From an uncultured Rhodospirillales bacterium (lineage in GTDB: Bacteria; Pseudomonadota; Alphaproteobacteria; Acetobacterales; Acetobacteraceae), in NCBI GenBank assembly GCA_903910565.1, contig CAIWAJ010000459.1:1-37894 (forward strand): 37,894 nucleotides of DNA, in the 5' to 3' direction. Of this stretch, positions 25,960 to 35,510 are shown one piece after another; the stretch's first letter is position 1; each line of letters starts with the position of its first letter. Below the pieces are notes generated by a model. That model worked only from the letters and a program-made list of their open reading frames with translations, did not search any database and had not been told where the DNA came from. Position numbers and translations under genes: made by a program.

Positions 25960-27822
25960 ATCAGCTCCGGTCGAGTGACGCCGGGTATGTCCCATCAGGA
26001 TAGTCAAAGCCGCGGGCGTCATGCCTTGAATCCGGGCCGCCGCACCGATCGACGTAGGCTGAATCAACATTAGCTTCTCCCGCAATTCGGACGAGAGGCT
26101 CCCTATCGCAGAGAAATCCAAACCAGGGTCCAAACCCAGCCCCTCCTGCCGGCGAAAAGCGGCGATGTCGATCTCCTGACGCTTAAGATACCCGGCATAC
26201 AGCGCGTCGCTCTCAAGAATTGCCCGCAGGCGAGACGGAATCTCGGTTAGCCACGGAGCAACCGCGGCGATCAACGCCTCATCGAACTCCGGAAGTGCCA
26301 AGACATCGAATACCGAGCGTGCCCGGCCATCCGCCCGAACGCTAATGCCTATTCGCCGCAGTTGTTCAGGTGAAAACCCGGAGTTGGCACATCGCTCGCG
26401 CGCAACATTGAGAACAGCACAATCAGCACGGTGCCTGTCAGTGCGCTGAGCTCCCACGCAACCCCAGGCCTCACCGATAGACGTGAGGCGAATATCCGCA
26501 TTGTCCGCCCGCAGGCTGAGCCGGTATTCCGCACGAGAGGTGAACATCCGGTATGGTTCAGACACCCCCTGCGTGGTGAGGTCATCAATCAGCACGCCAA
26601 TGTATGCTTGCGACCGATCTAGGGAAACAGCATCAAGACCGCCACACCGCCGTGCCGCATTGATGCCCGCCATGACGCCCTGGGCCGCCGCTTCTTCATA
26701 CCCCGTGGTCCCATTTATCTGCCCCGCAAGAAACAAACCCGGGAGCCCCTTCAATTCAAGCCCGATGCTCAGAGCCCGCGGGTCAACATAGTCGTATTCG
26801 ATCGCGTATCCCGGCCGGATCATCCGCACATGCTCGAGGCCTGGCATGGTTTCCAGCAGAAGTTGCTGAACCTCACTCGGCAGGCTGGTGGAAATTCCAT
26901 TCGGATAGATCGTGTCGTCATCCAGCCCCTCGGGCTCGAGGAAAACCTGGTGCCGCTCTCGCTCGGCAAATCGCACCACCTTGTCCTCGATCGACGGACA
27001 GTAGCGTGGCCCGCGACCCGCAATCTGCCCGCCATAGACCGCCGAACGCTCAAGATTCGCACGAATAACGGCATGAGTTGCGGGGGTCGTTGACGTCACA
27101 CCACATGCGATCTGACGTGTCGTAATCGCCTCGGTCAACAAACTGAATGGCTCCGGCACCTTGTCGCCCCAGTCCTGATCGAGTCCTGACCAGTCGATAC
27201 TCCGCGCGTCCAGCCGCGGTGGGGTCCCGGTCTTCAGCCGGCCCAACGGCAAGCCCAAGGCCTCCAGCCGCAGCGCCAACCGAACCGAAGGCGCCTCACC
27301 GGCCCGGCCCGCTTCGGTGCGCTCGTGGCCTATGTGGATTACTCCGCGTAGGAAGGTGCCGGCCGTCAATACCGCAGCCCCGCAGGCCAACCGCCGCCCA
27401 TCGCGGCCAATCACCGCTGTGAGGCGCCCCTCGCGATTCAATTCGAGATCCTCGACGGCATCTTCGATGATCGTCAGCCCCGTCTGCGCTGCCAGCAGGT
27501 CCTGCATCGCTTGGCGATACAATTTCCGGTCCGCCTGAGCGCGCGGGCCGCGCACCGCCGGGCCTTTGCTGCGATTGAGCATCTTGAAATGGATACCGGC
27601 CCGATCAGCGGCAATACCCATCAATCCATCGAGCGCGTCGATCTCGCGCACCAGATGCCCCTTGCCGATGCCGCCAATGGCTGGATTACAGGACATCTCG
27701 CCAATTGAGGCACGCCGATGTGTTACGAGCGCCGTGCGTGCACCCATGCGTGCCGCCGCCGCCGCCGCCTCGCACCCCGCGTGGCCGCCGCCGATCACCA
27801 CCACATCGAAACTCATGTCCAT
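25948..27822 (-). CDS. mnmG: tRNA uridine 5-carboxymethylaminomethyl modification enzyme MnmG (GidA)
   Basis: 624 aa. [19 protein letters not shown] motif. GGAGG 13 nt upstream of ATG 27822. Confidence 0.95.
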   Translation of the reverse strand: MDMSFDVVVIGGGHAGCEAAAAAARMGARTALVTHRRASIGEMSCNPAIGGIGKGHLVREIDALDGLMGIAADRAGIHFKMLNRSKGPAVRGPRAQADRKLYRQAMQDLLAAQTGLTIIEDAVEDLELNREGRLTAVIGRDGRRLACGAAVLTAGTFLRGVIHIGHERTEAGRAGEAPSVRLALRLEALGLPLGRLKTGTPPRLDARSIDWSGLDQDWGDKVPEPFSLLTEAITTRQIACGVTSTTPATHAVIRANLERSAVYGGQIAGRGPRYCPSIEDKVVRFAERERHQVFLEPEGLDDDTIYPNGISTSLPSEVQQLLLETMPGLEHVRMIRPGYAIEYDYVDPRALSIGLELKGLPGLFLAGQINGTTGYEEAAAQGVMAGINAARRCGGLDAVSLDRSQAYIGVLIDDLTTQGVSEPYRMFTSRAEYRLSLRADNADIRLTSIGEAWGCVGAQRTDRHRADCAVLNVARERCANSGFSPEQLRRIGISVRADGRARSVFDVLALPEFDEALIAAVAPWLTEIPSRLRAILESDALYAGYLKRQEIDIAAFRRQEGLGLDPGLDFSAIGSLSSELREKLMLIQPTSIGAAARIQGMTPAALTILMGHTRRHSTGADSFT

Positions 27823-27843
27823 GCCGTACTCGTCGCCTCCGCC

Positions 27844-29127
27844 TTACTTGCCGATGCAAAACTGGCGGAACACCGAATCAAGCACGTCCTCGACATGTAC
27901 CACGCCGGTCAGCCGCCCGAGGGCCTGCATCGCCATCCGCAAATCCTCACCACGCAATTCAGCAACACCCGCCCGCAATCCACGCTCGATAGACTCCAGC
28001 GCCTCCCCGACCGCAGCCCGATGCCGCGCCCGAGTCAACGTCGGTGGTCCCGAGGCATTCGCCAATCGCTTTGCCTCCGCCGCGAGCGCCGTACGCAGCG
28101 CAGCGATTCCGGCGCCAGTCAGCGCGCTGACCACCAGGTCGCCGGTCTCGGTATAGGATAGCACATCCCCCTTGCTGAGCACATGAATGAACGGCACCTC
28201 GGGCGTCTCAAGCGCCCCGCCCTCATCGACGCGAATGACAAAGTCAGCCTCCCGCGCCCTCGTCCGCGCCCGACGAATTCCCTCGGCTTCGACCGGATCA
28301 GCGCCGTCGCGCAGCCCCGCGGTATCAAGCAGCGTCACCGGCACGCCACCCAGAACTACCCGCGCCTCGATCACATCACGGGTTGTCCCCGGCTGCGGCG
28401 AGACAATGGCAACCTCGCGCCCGGCAAGCACGTTCATCAGGGTCGACTTGCCGACGTTGGGCGGCCCAACGATGGCAAACACCAACCCATCCCGCAGCCG
28501 CTCGCCGCGGGCGCCGTCATCGAGATGCGCCCGCATATCATCTGCGAGGCCAGCAAGCTCAGCCACAACGGCTTCCTCAACGCTGGCCGGAATATCCTCG
28601 TCAGGGAAGTCGATCATGGCCTCCTGGCGCGCAAGCTGGGCCAAAAGCCGCGCCGACCAGCCGCGATAGACATCGCCCAAAGCCCCGCCCATCTGCCGCA
28701 GCGCCTGCGCGCGTTGCTCCGCGGTCTCTGCAGCGATGAGGTCGGCGATCGCCTCGGCTTCCAGCAGGTCAATGCGCCCGTTGAGGAAGGCCCGCTCGGT
28801 AAACTCGCCAGGCTCTGCAGGCCGCGCGCCGGCGGCAACCAGCGCCGCAGCCACGCCATCAATCACCGCGGGGCCGGCATGGAGATGCAGTTCCGCGCTG
28901 TCTTCGCCGGTATAGCTCGCCGGGCCGGGAAACCACAGGGCCAGCGCCTGATCGAGCACGTCGCCCTCGCCGTTGCGGAGGGGTCGCAGCGCCGCCATCC
29001 GCGGCGGCGGCAAGGTGCCACACACCGCGATCATCACCCCTCGTGCGGTGGGGCCCGTCAGCCGCATTACCGCGATTGCGGCTCGCCCGGCGCCGCTCGC
29101 GAGCGCAAAAATTGTGTCAGTATTCAA
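27844..29127 (-). CDS. mnmE: tRNA modification GTPase MnmE (TrmE)
   Basis: 427 aa. TTG is the only start after an in-frame stop. N-terminus DTIFALASG, G domain GPPNVGKSTL, C-terminal FCIGK. Confidence 0.9.
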   Translation of the reverse strand: MNTDTIFALASGAGRAAIAVMRLTGPTARGVMIAVCGTLPPPRMAALRPLRNGEGDVLDQALALWFPGPASYTGEDSAELHLHAGPAVIDGVAAALVAAGARPAEPGEFTERAFLNGRIDLLEAEAIADLIAAETAEQRAQALRQMGGALGDVYRGWSARLLAQLARQEAMIDFPDEDIPASVEEAVVAELAGLADDMRAHLDDGARGERLRDGLVFAIVGPPNVGKSTLMNVLAGREVAIVSPQPGTTRDVIEARVVLGGVPVTLLDTAGLRDGADPVEAEGIRRARTRAREADFVIRVDEGGALETPEVPFIHVLSKGDVLSYTETGDLVVSALTGAGIAALRTALAAEAKRLANASGPPTLTRARHRAAVGEALESIERGLRAGVAELRGEDLRMAMQALGRLTGVVHVEDVLDSVFRQFCIGK

Positions 29128-29139
29128 TGAGTTACCATA

Positions 29140-29484
29140 TCATCCGGCTGGCAGCATCAGATCCGCTACCCGCTGCCCATCCCGCACATGGCGCTCGAGA
29201 ATAAGATCGACATCGGAATTAGATTCGATCTTATACCAAACCCCCTCTGGATAAATCACCAGGCACGGCCCAAGCTCGCACCGATCAAGGCACCCCGCAA
29301 GGTTCACACGAACCCGCGGCAACCCCATCTCCTTCGCCCGCGCCTTCATATAGTCGCGCAGCTTCTCCGAGCCCGCCGCCGCGCAGGATCCGCGCTTATG
29401 CCCATCCGGCCGGCGGTTGCAGCACACGAAGAGGTGCGCATCATAATAAAGGCGACCCTCGCCCGCGCTCTCGTCATCCGCCAT
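29140..29484 (-). CDS. Thioredoxin-like [2Fe-2S] ferredoxin domain protein
   Basis: 114 aa from ATG 29484 ([25 protein letters not shown]...GSCAA...[23 protein letters not shown]). The longer track ORF is an unsupported extension. Confidence 0.75.
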   Translation of the reverse strand: MADDESAGEGRLYYDAHLFVCCNRRPDGHKRGSCAAAGSEKLRDYMKARAKEMGLPRVRVNLAGCLDRCELGPCLVIYPEGVWYKIESNSDVDLILERHVRDGQRVADLMLPAG

Positions 29485-29579
29485 GGTGTCCCCTTTCCAC
29501 GCCGCCCGGCCCGCTCGCCACTGTCCATGCGCGTGAATGCCCCTATCTGCGATGCAGCCGCCCGATGCAAGGACCAACC

Positions 29580-31619
29580 ATGCCGCCCGATGCAAACCTC
29601 CTGCGCCACGAATCCTCCCCCTATCTGCTGCAGCACGCCGAAAACCCCGTGCATTGGCGTCCCTGGGGCGCTGCGGCGCTCGCAGAGGCCAAAACGACCA
29701 ACCGGCCGATCCTGCTCTCGGTCGGCTACGCAGCTTGCCACTGGTGCCACGTGATGGCCCATGAATCATTCGAGGACGCCGAGACAGCGGGCCTAATGAA
29801 TGCGCTCTACGTCAACATCAAGGTCGACCGCGAGGAGCGGCCGGACATAGATCATCTCTACATGTCCGCCCTGCACGCGCTCGGCGAACAGGGCGGCTGG
29901 CCGCTCACCATGTTCCTCACCCCCAATGGCGCCCCTTTCTGGGGCGGCACCTATTTCCCGCCCGAACCGCGCTGGGGCCGCCCCTCTTTCCGCCAGGTGC
30001 TGCAAGGCGTGGCCGAGGCCTTCCACGGCGACAACGATGCGATCGCCAAGAACGTCGCGACCCTCCAGCGCACGCTTGTCGCGACGTCCGCCGAGCGCCC
30101 CGGCGACATGCCCGGCCCCGCAACTCTCGACCGCGCGGCTTCCGCCCTGCTGCGTCTCAATGACCCTGAGCTCGGCGGTCTCAAGGGCGCGCCTAAATTC
30201 CCCAATCCAGCGATTTTCGGCTTCCTCTGGCAGAACGCCTGGCGCAGCGGAGACCCCGCCGGCAAAGCCGCCACCCATCTCCTGCTGGCGCGCATGTCCC
30301 AAGGCGGCATCTACGACCATCTTGGCGGCGGCTACGCGCGTTATTCGACCGACGCCGAGTGGCTGGTGCCGCATTTCGAGAAAATGCTTTACGACAACGC
30401 GCAACTCCTCGATCTCCTCGCCCTCGCGCACGCCGATACCCCCTCGCCGCTTTACGCCGCCCGCGCAACCGAGACGGTCGACTGGTTGATCCGTGACATG
30501 CGAGCTGAGGAAGTCGCCGGCCTAGCCGCCTTCGCCGCTTCGGAGGACGCCGACAGCGAGGGCGTCGAAGGTAAGTTCTACGTCTGGCAGGAAGCCGAGA
30601 TCGACGCCCTGCTCGGCCCCGACAGCCGCGCCTTCAAGGCCGCCTACGACGTCACGCCCGCCGGCAATTGGGAACACAGCACCATCCTGCGCCGCATCAC
30701 CCCGCCTGGCGACGCGTTGGCCGAAGCCCGGCTCGCCGCCAGCCGTGAAACGCTGCTCGCCGCGCGAGACTACCGTATCCGCCCCAGCCGCGACGACAAA
30801 GTGCTGGCCGACTGGAACGGCCTCGCCATCGCCGCCCTCTGCCGCGCCGGCGCGGTATTCGCCCGGCCCGACTGGATTGCCCTCGCCGAGAACACCTTCG
30901 CCTTCATCACCGCCCACATGGCCGCACCGGATGGCCGCATCCAGCACGCCTGGCGCCAGGGCCGCATCGCCGCTGCCGCGCTGCTGGAGGACCAGGCCAC
31001 CATGGCGCGCGCTGCCCTCGCCCTCTACGAGGCCACCGGAACGCCCGCCTATCTCGACCGCGCCCGCCGCATCACCGACGCCGCCGACACCTGGTTCGGC
31101 GATCGCGGCGGCTCCTACTTCTCCACCGCCGCGGACGCCACCGATGTGCCCCTCGGCCCCGACGCGCGCCCCCGCACCCCCGGCGACAACGCCACCCCCT
31201 CTGGCAATGGCGTCATTGCCCAAGTTCTCCCCCGCCTTCACCACCTCACCGGCGGCCCGCGCTTCCGTGACCGTGCCGAGGCCGTGATCCGCGCCTATGG
31301 CGGCCTGGGCGACAGCTTCTCCGCCGCCCCCGGGCTCCTCGCCGCCGCCGACATGCTGGAGGAGATGGCGAGCGTCGTCGTCACCGGCCCGGCCGACGAT
31401 CCGCGCACCCAATCCCTCCTCGCCGCGGCCCTCGCCGCGCCCGATCCGGCAGTCTGCGTTCTGCGAGCCCCGCCTGGAACCGTCCTCGAGGCAGGCCACC
31501 CCGCGTTCGGCAAAACCTCACCGGCGCCAGCCGCGTATCTGTGTCGCGCCGGGGTCTGCGGTCTGCCAATCCAAGACCCCGCGGCCCTGGCAGCCGCCTT
31601 GCGGCGTCGACAAAAGTAA
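29580..31619 (+). CDS. Thioredoxin-domain (DUF255, YyaL-like) protein with (alpha/alpha)6-barrel C-domain
   Basis: 679 aa from ATG 29580. [23 protein letters not shown]...[18 protein letters not shown] is the DUF255 signature. Confidence 0.85.
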   Translation: MPPDANLLRHESSPYLLQHAENPVHWRPWGAAALAEAKTTNRPILLSVGYAACHWCHVMAHESFEDAETAGLMNALYVNIKVDREERPDIDHLYMSALHALGEQGGWPLTMFLTPNGAPFWGGTYFPPEPRWGRPSFRQVLQGVAEAFHGDNDAIAKNVATLQRTLVATSAERPGDMPGPATLDRAASALLRLNDPELGGLKGAPKFPNPAIFGFLWQNAWRSGDPAGKAATHLLLARMSQGGIYDHLGGGYARYSTDAEWLVPHFEKMLYDNAQLLDLLALAHADTPSPLYAARATETVDWLIRDMRAEEVAGLAAFAASEDADSEGVEGKFYVWQEAEIDALLGPDSRAFKAAYDVTPAGNWEHSTILRRITPPGDALAEARLAASRETLLAARDYRIRPSRDDKVLADWNGLAIAALCRAGAVFARPDWIALAENTFAFITAHMAAPDGRIQHAWRQGRIAAAALLEDQATMARAALALYEATGTPAYLDRARRITDAADTWFGDRGGSYFSTAADATDVPLGPDARPRTPGDNATPSGNGVIAQVLPRLHHLTGGPRFRDRAEAVIRAYGGLGDSFSAAPGLLAAADMLEEMASVVVTGPADDPRTQSLLAAALAAPDPAVCVLRAPPGTVLEAGHPAFGKTSPAPAAYLCRAGVCGLPIQDPAALAAALRRRQK

Positions 31620-31744
31620 GCAGTTCTTTTTTGGAAAAAAGAACCAAAAAACTTCTATCCGTTTGCACCGAGCAGCCCTGGTCAATTCCCAGCCAAACGA
31701 ACCAAAAGGTTTTCTTCCTTTTTCAAAAAGACGCGCTGCCTTCT
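31615..31744. repeat. AT-rich nested-palindrome element, copy 4 (full, right arm decayed)
   Basis: AGTAAGCA-GTTCTTTTTTGGAAAAAAGAAC-CAAAAAACTTCTATCCGTTTGC ... GCCAAACGAACCAAAAGGTTTTCTTCCTTTTTCAAAAAGACGCGCTGCCTTCT. The left terminus contains the yyaL-like TAA stop. Confidence 0.9.
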
Positions 31745-31754
31745 CCCCCCCCCC
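31745..31754. repeat. Homopolymeric C10 tract
   Basis: Ten consecutive C directly after copy 4. It lies 2 nt upstream of a TTGACA hexamer and 73 nt upstream of the ogt GTG. Confidence 0.9.
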
Positions 31755-31826
31755 GCTTGACATCGAACCGCAGAGACTGCCATCCCCTCGCCATAATTCG
31801 CCTCTCCTCAGGATCTCCCCCGGCGC

Positions 31827-32309
31827 GTGCCCCAGCTGTCGCTCCATTCTCCCGTCGGTGACCTCACCCTCTCCGAAGAGGACCGGGCGATCGTTGCCGT
31901 CGATTGGGGCTGGGGCCGCGACCAGACCGAGACACCGCTCCTCCTGCGTGCCCGCGATCAGCTGGAGGAATACTTCGACGGCGCACGCCTCGATTTTGAC
32001 CTGCCATTGGCCCCCTTCGGGTCCGACTACCAAAAGCGCGTCTGGGCCGCCCTCTGCCGCATCCCCGCCGGCGCCACGCGCAGCTACGGCGATATCGCCC
32101 GCGAGGCCGGCGGCAGCCCGCGCTCGGTGGGTGGCGCCAACGGCCGCAATCCCATCCCCATCCTCATCCCCTGCCACCGCGTGCTCGCCGGCAACGGCAT
32201 CGGCGGCTATTCCGGCGGCGACGGCCTGCCGACCAAGCGCTTCCTGCTCGACCTCGAAACCCGCGCCGCGGCCGAATTGACGCCGCCATCCCAGGGCCGG
32301 CTGCTATGA
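31827..32309 (+). CDS. ogt: Methylated-DNA--protein-cysteine methyltransferase
   Basis: 160 aa with a GTG start. Active site IPCHRVL and YGDIAREAG helix. Confidence 0.85.
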   Translation: MPQLSLHSPVGDLTLSEEDRAIVAVDWGWGRDQTETPLLLRARDQLEEYFDGARLDFDLPLAPFGSDYQKRVWAALCRIPAGATRSYGDIAREAGGSPRSVGGANGRNPIPILIPCHRVLAGNGIGGYSGGDGLPTKRFLLDLETRAAAELTPPSQGRLL

Positions 32310-32346
32310 TCCCCCCTCGCGTCCACCCCAACCCCATGGACCTCAA

Positions 32347-33318
32347 ATGACCAAAGCGATCCGCATTCACGCCAATGGCGGCCCCGAGGTGATGCGCTGG
32401 GAGGACGTCCCCACCCCCGAGCCCGGCCCGGGCGAGGCCCTGATCCGGCATGGCGCGGTCGGCCTCAACTACATCGACGTCTACTTTCGCACTGGTCTCT
32501 ATAAATCACCCCTGCCGACCACCATCGGCATGGAGGGCGCCGGGACCGTGCTCGCCGTCGGTGATGGCGTCACCACCGTGAAACCCGGTGATCGCGTCGC
32601 CTATGCCGGCGGCCCGCTCGGTGCCTACGCCACCGAGCGCGTGATCGCCGCTGATCGCCTGGTGATCCTGCCCGACGCTATCGACTTCACAACCGCCGCC
32701 GCGATGATGCTGCAAGGCATGACGGCGCAATACCTCCTCCGCCGCACCTACCGCGTCTCCGCCGGTGAAACCATCGTGGTGCACGCCGCGGCCGGCGGCG
32801 TCGGCCTCATCCTCTGCCAATGGGCCAAGCATCTCGGCGTTACCGTCATCGGCGTGGTCTCCACCAAGGCCAAGGCCGAACTCGCCCGCGCCCATGGTGC
32901 CGACCACGTGGTCATCGGCCATGCCGGCCTGCCCGCCGAGGTCAAGCGCGTTACCGGCGGCGCCATGGTGCCCGTCGTCTATGACAGCGTCGGCAAGGAT
33001 ACTTTCATGACCAGCCTCGACTGCCTGGCCCCGCTCGGCATGATGGTCAGCTACGGCAACGCCTCGGGCGCCGTCCCGCCGGTCGATATCGGCATACTCT
33101 CCGCCAAGGGCAGCCTGTTCCTCACCCGCCCCACCCTCGGGACGTACACCACGAAACGCGCCGACCTCGAGCGCGTCACTGCCGATTTGTTCGATGTGGT
33201 GGCGAGCGGCGCGGTGAAAATCCGCGTCAATCAAACCTTCCCGCTGGCCGAGGCGGCCGCCGCCCATGTCGCGCTTGAGGCGCGGCAGACCACAGGAAGC
33301 ACCGTGCTGGTGCCGTAA
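32347..33318 (+). CDS. qor: NADPH:quinone oxidoreductase (zeta-crystallin-like MDR)
   Basis: 323 aa. GVNYID-type N-terminus (GLNYIDVYFRTGLY) and Rossmann AAAGGVGL. Confidence 0.9.
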   Translation: MTKAIRIHANGGPEVMRWEDVPTPEPGPGEALIRHGAVGLNYIDVYFRTGLYKSPLPTTIGMEGAGTVLAVGDGVTTVKPGDRVAYAGGPLGAYATERVIAADRLVILPDAIDFTTAAAMMLQGMTAQYLLRRTYRVSAGETIVVHAAAGGVGLILCQWAKHLGVTVIGVVSTKAKAELARAHGADHVVIGHAGLPAEVKRVTGGAMVPVVYDSVGKDTFMTSLDCLAPLGMMVSYGNASGAVPPVDIGILSAKGSLFLTRPTLGTYTTKRADLERVTADLFDVVASGAVKIRVNQTFPLAEAAAAHVALEARQTTGSTVLVP

Positions 33319-33320
33319 GC

Positions 33321-33454
33321 AAGAAAGCGCTTCTTTTTGAAAAAAGAAGCAAAAACTTCTCTATCCGTTTGGTGCGGTCCCTCTCAGGGATACTCCCAAC
33401 CAAACGGACAAAAGTTTTTTGGTTCTTTTTTTCAAAAAAGAACCGCTTGCTTCT
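33321..33454. repeat. AT-rich nested-palindrome element, copy 5 (full)
   Basis: AAGAAAGCG-CTTCTTTTTGAAAAAAGAAG-CAAAAACTTCTCTATCCGTTTGG ... centre TCCCT-CTC-AGGGA ... CCAAACGGACAAAAGTTTTTT-GGTTCTTTTTTTCAAAAAAGAACC-GCTTGCTTCT. It fills the qor / DUF3576 convergent spacer. Confidence 0.95.
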
Positions 33455-33455
33455 C

Positions 33456-33980
33456 CTAGCTGCCCTGAACCTCGGCCCGCATCTCGCGCGCCTTCGCCAG
33501 AATTCGGTTCTCGATCTCGGTCACCGTCGAGGGGTTCACCGCGGAGTCCATCCACTGCCCGTTCTGCAGCACCTGCCGGTAGATCGCCACGCGGATCCCG
33601 TCGGAGCGCAATTGCCGGCCGTAAATATAGGCCGTGGCGCGGAAGCGCTCGCCGGACCCATTGGGCGGCTGATACCAGTCAGTGATGATGACGCCGCCGA
33701 ACGGGTCCGCCTGGGTCAGCGGCATGAATGACAGCGTGTCGAGCGAGCTGCGCCACAGATAGGCGTTCACGCCGATCCCGGTGCCGCCATCATCGGCGCT
33801 CTTCTTGCCGCCGAACGTGATCCCGTCACCGCCGAAGATGCTGCCGTCGCCCGATTTCGCCTTCAGCTTAACTTCCTGCCAGGAATCGTCGGACACGCCT
33901 TCGTTCTTCAGGCCGTTACAGCCCGCCAAAGTGATCGCCGTCATCAGAAGGACAACGAGAGTTCCCGACCGCATACGCAT
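33456..33980 (-). CDS. DUF3576 domain lipoprotein
   Basis: 174 aa. Lipobox LAGC at residues 18-21. GVNAYLWRSSLDTLSFMPLTQADPFGGVIITDWY is the DUF3576 core. Confidence 0.75.
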   Translation of the reverse strand: MRMRSGTLVVLLMTAITLAGCNGLKNEGVSDDSWQEVKLKAKSGDGSIFGGDGITFGGKKSADDGGTGIGVNAYLWRSSLDTLSFMPLTQADPFGGVIITDWYQPPNGSGERFRATAYIYGRQLRSDGIRVAIYRQVLQNGQWMDSAVNPSTVTEIENRILAKAREMRAEVQGS

Positions 33981-34080
33981 TATCCGTTCCGTCCGATGTG
34001 TCCGCGCCCAATGGCGCTGGCCGACGTTCTACACCGCCTCCGCCGCGTCGCCAAGCGATCGGAGCACGGCCCGCCAAAAC

Positions 34081-34110
34081 GGAAAACGGCGGAGCTGATG
34101 CCCCGCCGTT
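34081..34110 (-). terminator. Rho-independent terminator candidate for the porin gene
   Basis: On the minus strand, AACGGCGG-(10 nt)-CCGCCGTT is followed by TTCC, giving a run of four T. It lies about 30 nt after the porin stop. Confidence 0.55.
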
Positions 34111-34139
34111 CCCAGTCGAAGTCAAGTCGTAGTCGAAGC

Positions 34140-35510
34140 TTACCAGCGAACCAGGATGGTGCCGATCAGAGCGTTCGAGGTGGACTTGTTGTTGGCCGTG
34201 GCCGGGCCGCCAGCGTCGACGAAGTTCACGCCGTTCTGGTGGATCGTGCCGTAGGTGTAGCCCAGGAAGAAGTCGAGGCCGGTGACAACGGTGTAGTTGC
34301 CGCCGATGTCGAAGGCGCGCTCGGTCCGGTTGCCCGTGCCGCCGTTGGAGCCCTGACGCTCAACCTGATAGTACGCCGCGCCGACCGTGTACGGGCCAGA
34401 GGCATACTGCGCGCCGACGATGCCGGCGAGCTGGTTCTTCTTGCGACCCGAAGCCAGCGTCACCAGCGGGGTGCCGGCCTGACCGTTGGTCGTGCCGCCG
34501 TTGATGGTGCCGAACACCGAGAAGCCCTGGTAGGTCAGCGAGGTGCCCCAGTTGAAGATGCTCAGGCCGTTGACCTTGGACACGCCGGCGGAGAGAGCGC
34601 CGGGAGCCGCGGACACGATGCCCGAACCCCAGTAACCGGCCCAGCTGTCGACCGCGACCGGGCCGAGATTGCCGGACCAGCGAGCGGCGACTTCGAACAG
34701 GTTACGCGGACGGTTGGTGTCCGAGTTCGTGACCGCCACGGACTGACGGGCGCTGCCGCCCGCGTTCGCGTTGAAGCCGTCGTTGCCGGTCAGCGCGGCG
34801 GAGGACGGAGCGAAGCTGACGCCGGCCTGGAAGCCGTTCATCTTCGGGGTCATGTAGGTGATCTTGGCGGAGTCGTATTCGTTACCGACGTCCGGGAACA
34901 CCCAGCTCAGGCAGTTCGAGCCAATGAAGTCGCAAACGTCACCGTCCCAGTGGCCGGTGTCGTAGGCTTCACCGGTCGTGATCGACGAACCGGAGAACAG
35001 CGACAGCGGGCCGTCGCCCTGGCCGATGCGCAGCAGGCCCCAGCTATCCCCACCGAGATAGGTGTAGGCGCGGCGGGTGTACCACAGCGAGGCGGTCGAG
35101 TTCGCCGAAGCGTTGCCGACGCCGGCGCCGTTCAGCGCACCGCCGGCATAGCCGCCCGGCGTGCCACCGGCGAACAGGGTGCGCATTTCGCTCTTCGCAC
35201 CGTAGATCATGCCGTTGGTCAGCTTGCCGTCAACGCCGAAGTACAGACGGAAATAACCGCCGATACCATAGGGCTGCAGCTTCGCGGTGGTGGTCGACGA
35301 CTTGTCGGAGTTGTTGCCGATGACGCCGACGTCAACCGCGACCAAGCCGCCCATGTGGACGATGATCTTGCCCGGCTCCGGGCTGGTCTGCGGCGAACCG
35401 AACGCCGAGGCGTTCTTCGAGGGGTCGCTCGTCGCGAACGTCGCCGCCTGGGCGGTGCTCGCGGCCACGAGGCCGATCAGGGCCGCCGAGGCGAGAAGAT
35501 AATTACGCAT
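34140..35510 (-). CDS. Outer-membrane porin (alphaproteobacterial porin family)
   Basis: 456 aa. Signal peptide ...STAQAAT, Gly/Tyr/Asn-rich beta-strand pattern, C-terminal ...GTILVRW. AAGGAGGA SD. Confidence 0.85.
   Translation of the reverse strand: MRNYLLASAALIGLVAASTAQAATFATSDPSKNASAFGSPQTSPEPGKIIVHMGGLVAVDVGVIGNNSDKSSTTTAKLQPYGIGGYFRLYFGVDGKLTNGMIYGAKSEMRTLFAGGTPGGYAGGALNGAGVGNASANSTASLWYTRRAYTYLGGDSWGLLRIGQGDGPLSLFSGSSITTGEAYDTGHWDGDVCDFIGSNCLSWVFPDVGNEYDSAKITYMTPKMNGFQAGVSFAPSSAALTGNDGFNANAGGSARQSVAVTNSDTNRPRNLFEVAARWSGNLGPVAVDSWAGYWGSGIVSAAPGALSAGVSKVNGLSIFNWGTSLTYQGFSVFGTINGGTTNGQAGTPLVTLASGRKKNQLAGIVGAQYASGPYTVGAAYYQVERQGSNGGTGNRTERAFDIGGNYTVVTGLDFFLGYTYGTIHQNGVNFVDAGGPATANNKSTSNALIGTILVRW

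Noticed and set aside
29549-29595. 14-bp direct repeat GCCGCCCGATGCAA (29557-29570 and 29582-29595) spanning the yyaL-like start codon
   Set aside because: This is probably a small local duplication. The upstream copy is out of frame with the CDS, and no regulatory pattern could be tied to it.
28183-31499. Long antisense ORFs opposite mnmE (28183-29130, plus strand) and opposite the yyaL-like gene (30522-31499, minus strand; 29793-30431, minus strand)
   Set aside because: The opposite strands carry well-supported genes. These ORFs are Gly/Ala/Arg-rich with no motifs.
31757-31800. TTGACA ... CATAAT as an ogt sigma-70 promoter
   Set aside because: The spacing between the hexamers is about 29 nt, far from 16-18 nt, and no alternative -10 box sits at the proper distance.
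7798-33454. The repeated elements as a CRISPR array
   Set aside because: The copies are kilobases apart and about 130 bp long, are internally palindromic with inverted arms, and have no regular repeat-spacer periodicity or cas genes.
7843-33731. Small ORFs crossing the AT-rich elements that encode FFSKKNRF / FLKKRTKKL / FWKKEPKKF-like peptides
   Set aside because: The lysine/phenylalanine-rich strings are simply the A6/T6 hairpins translated. Frame, strand and ORF boundaries differ between copies, so there is no conserved peptide.
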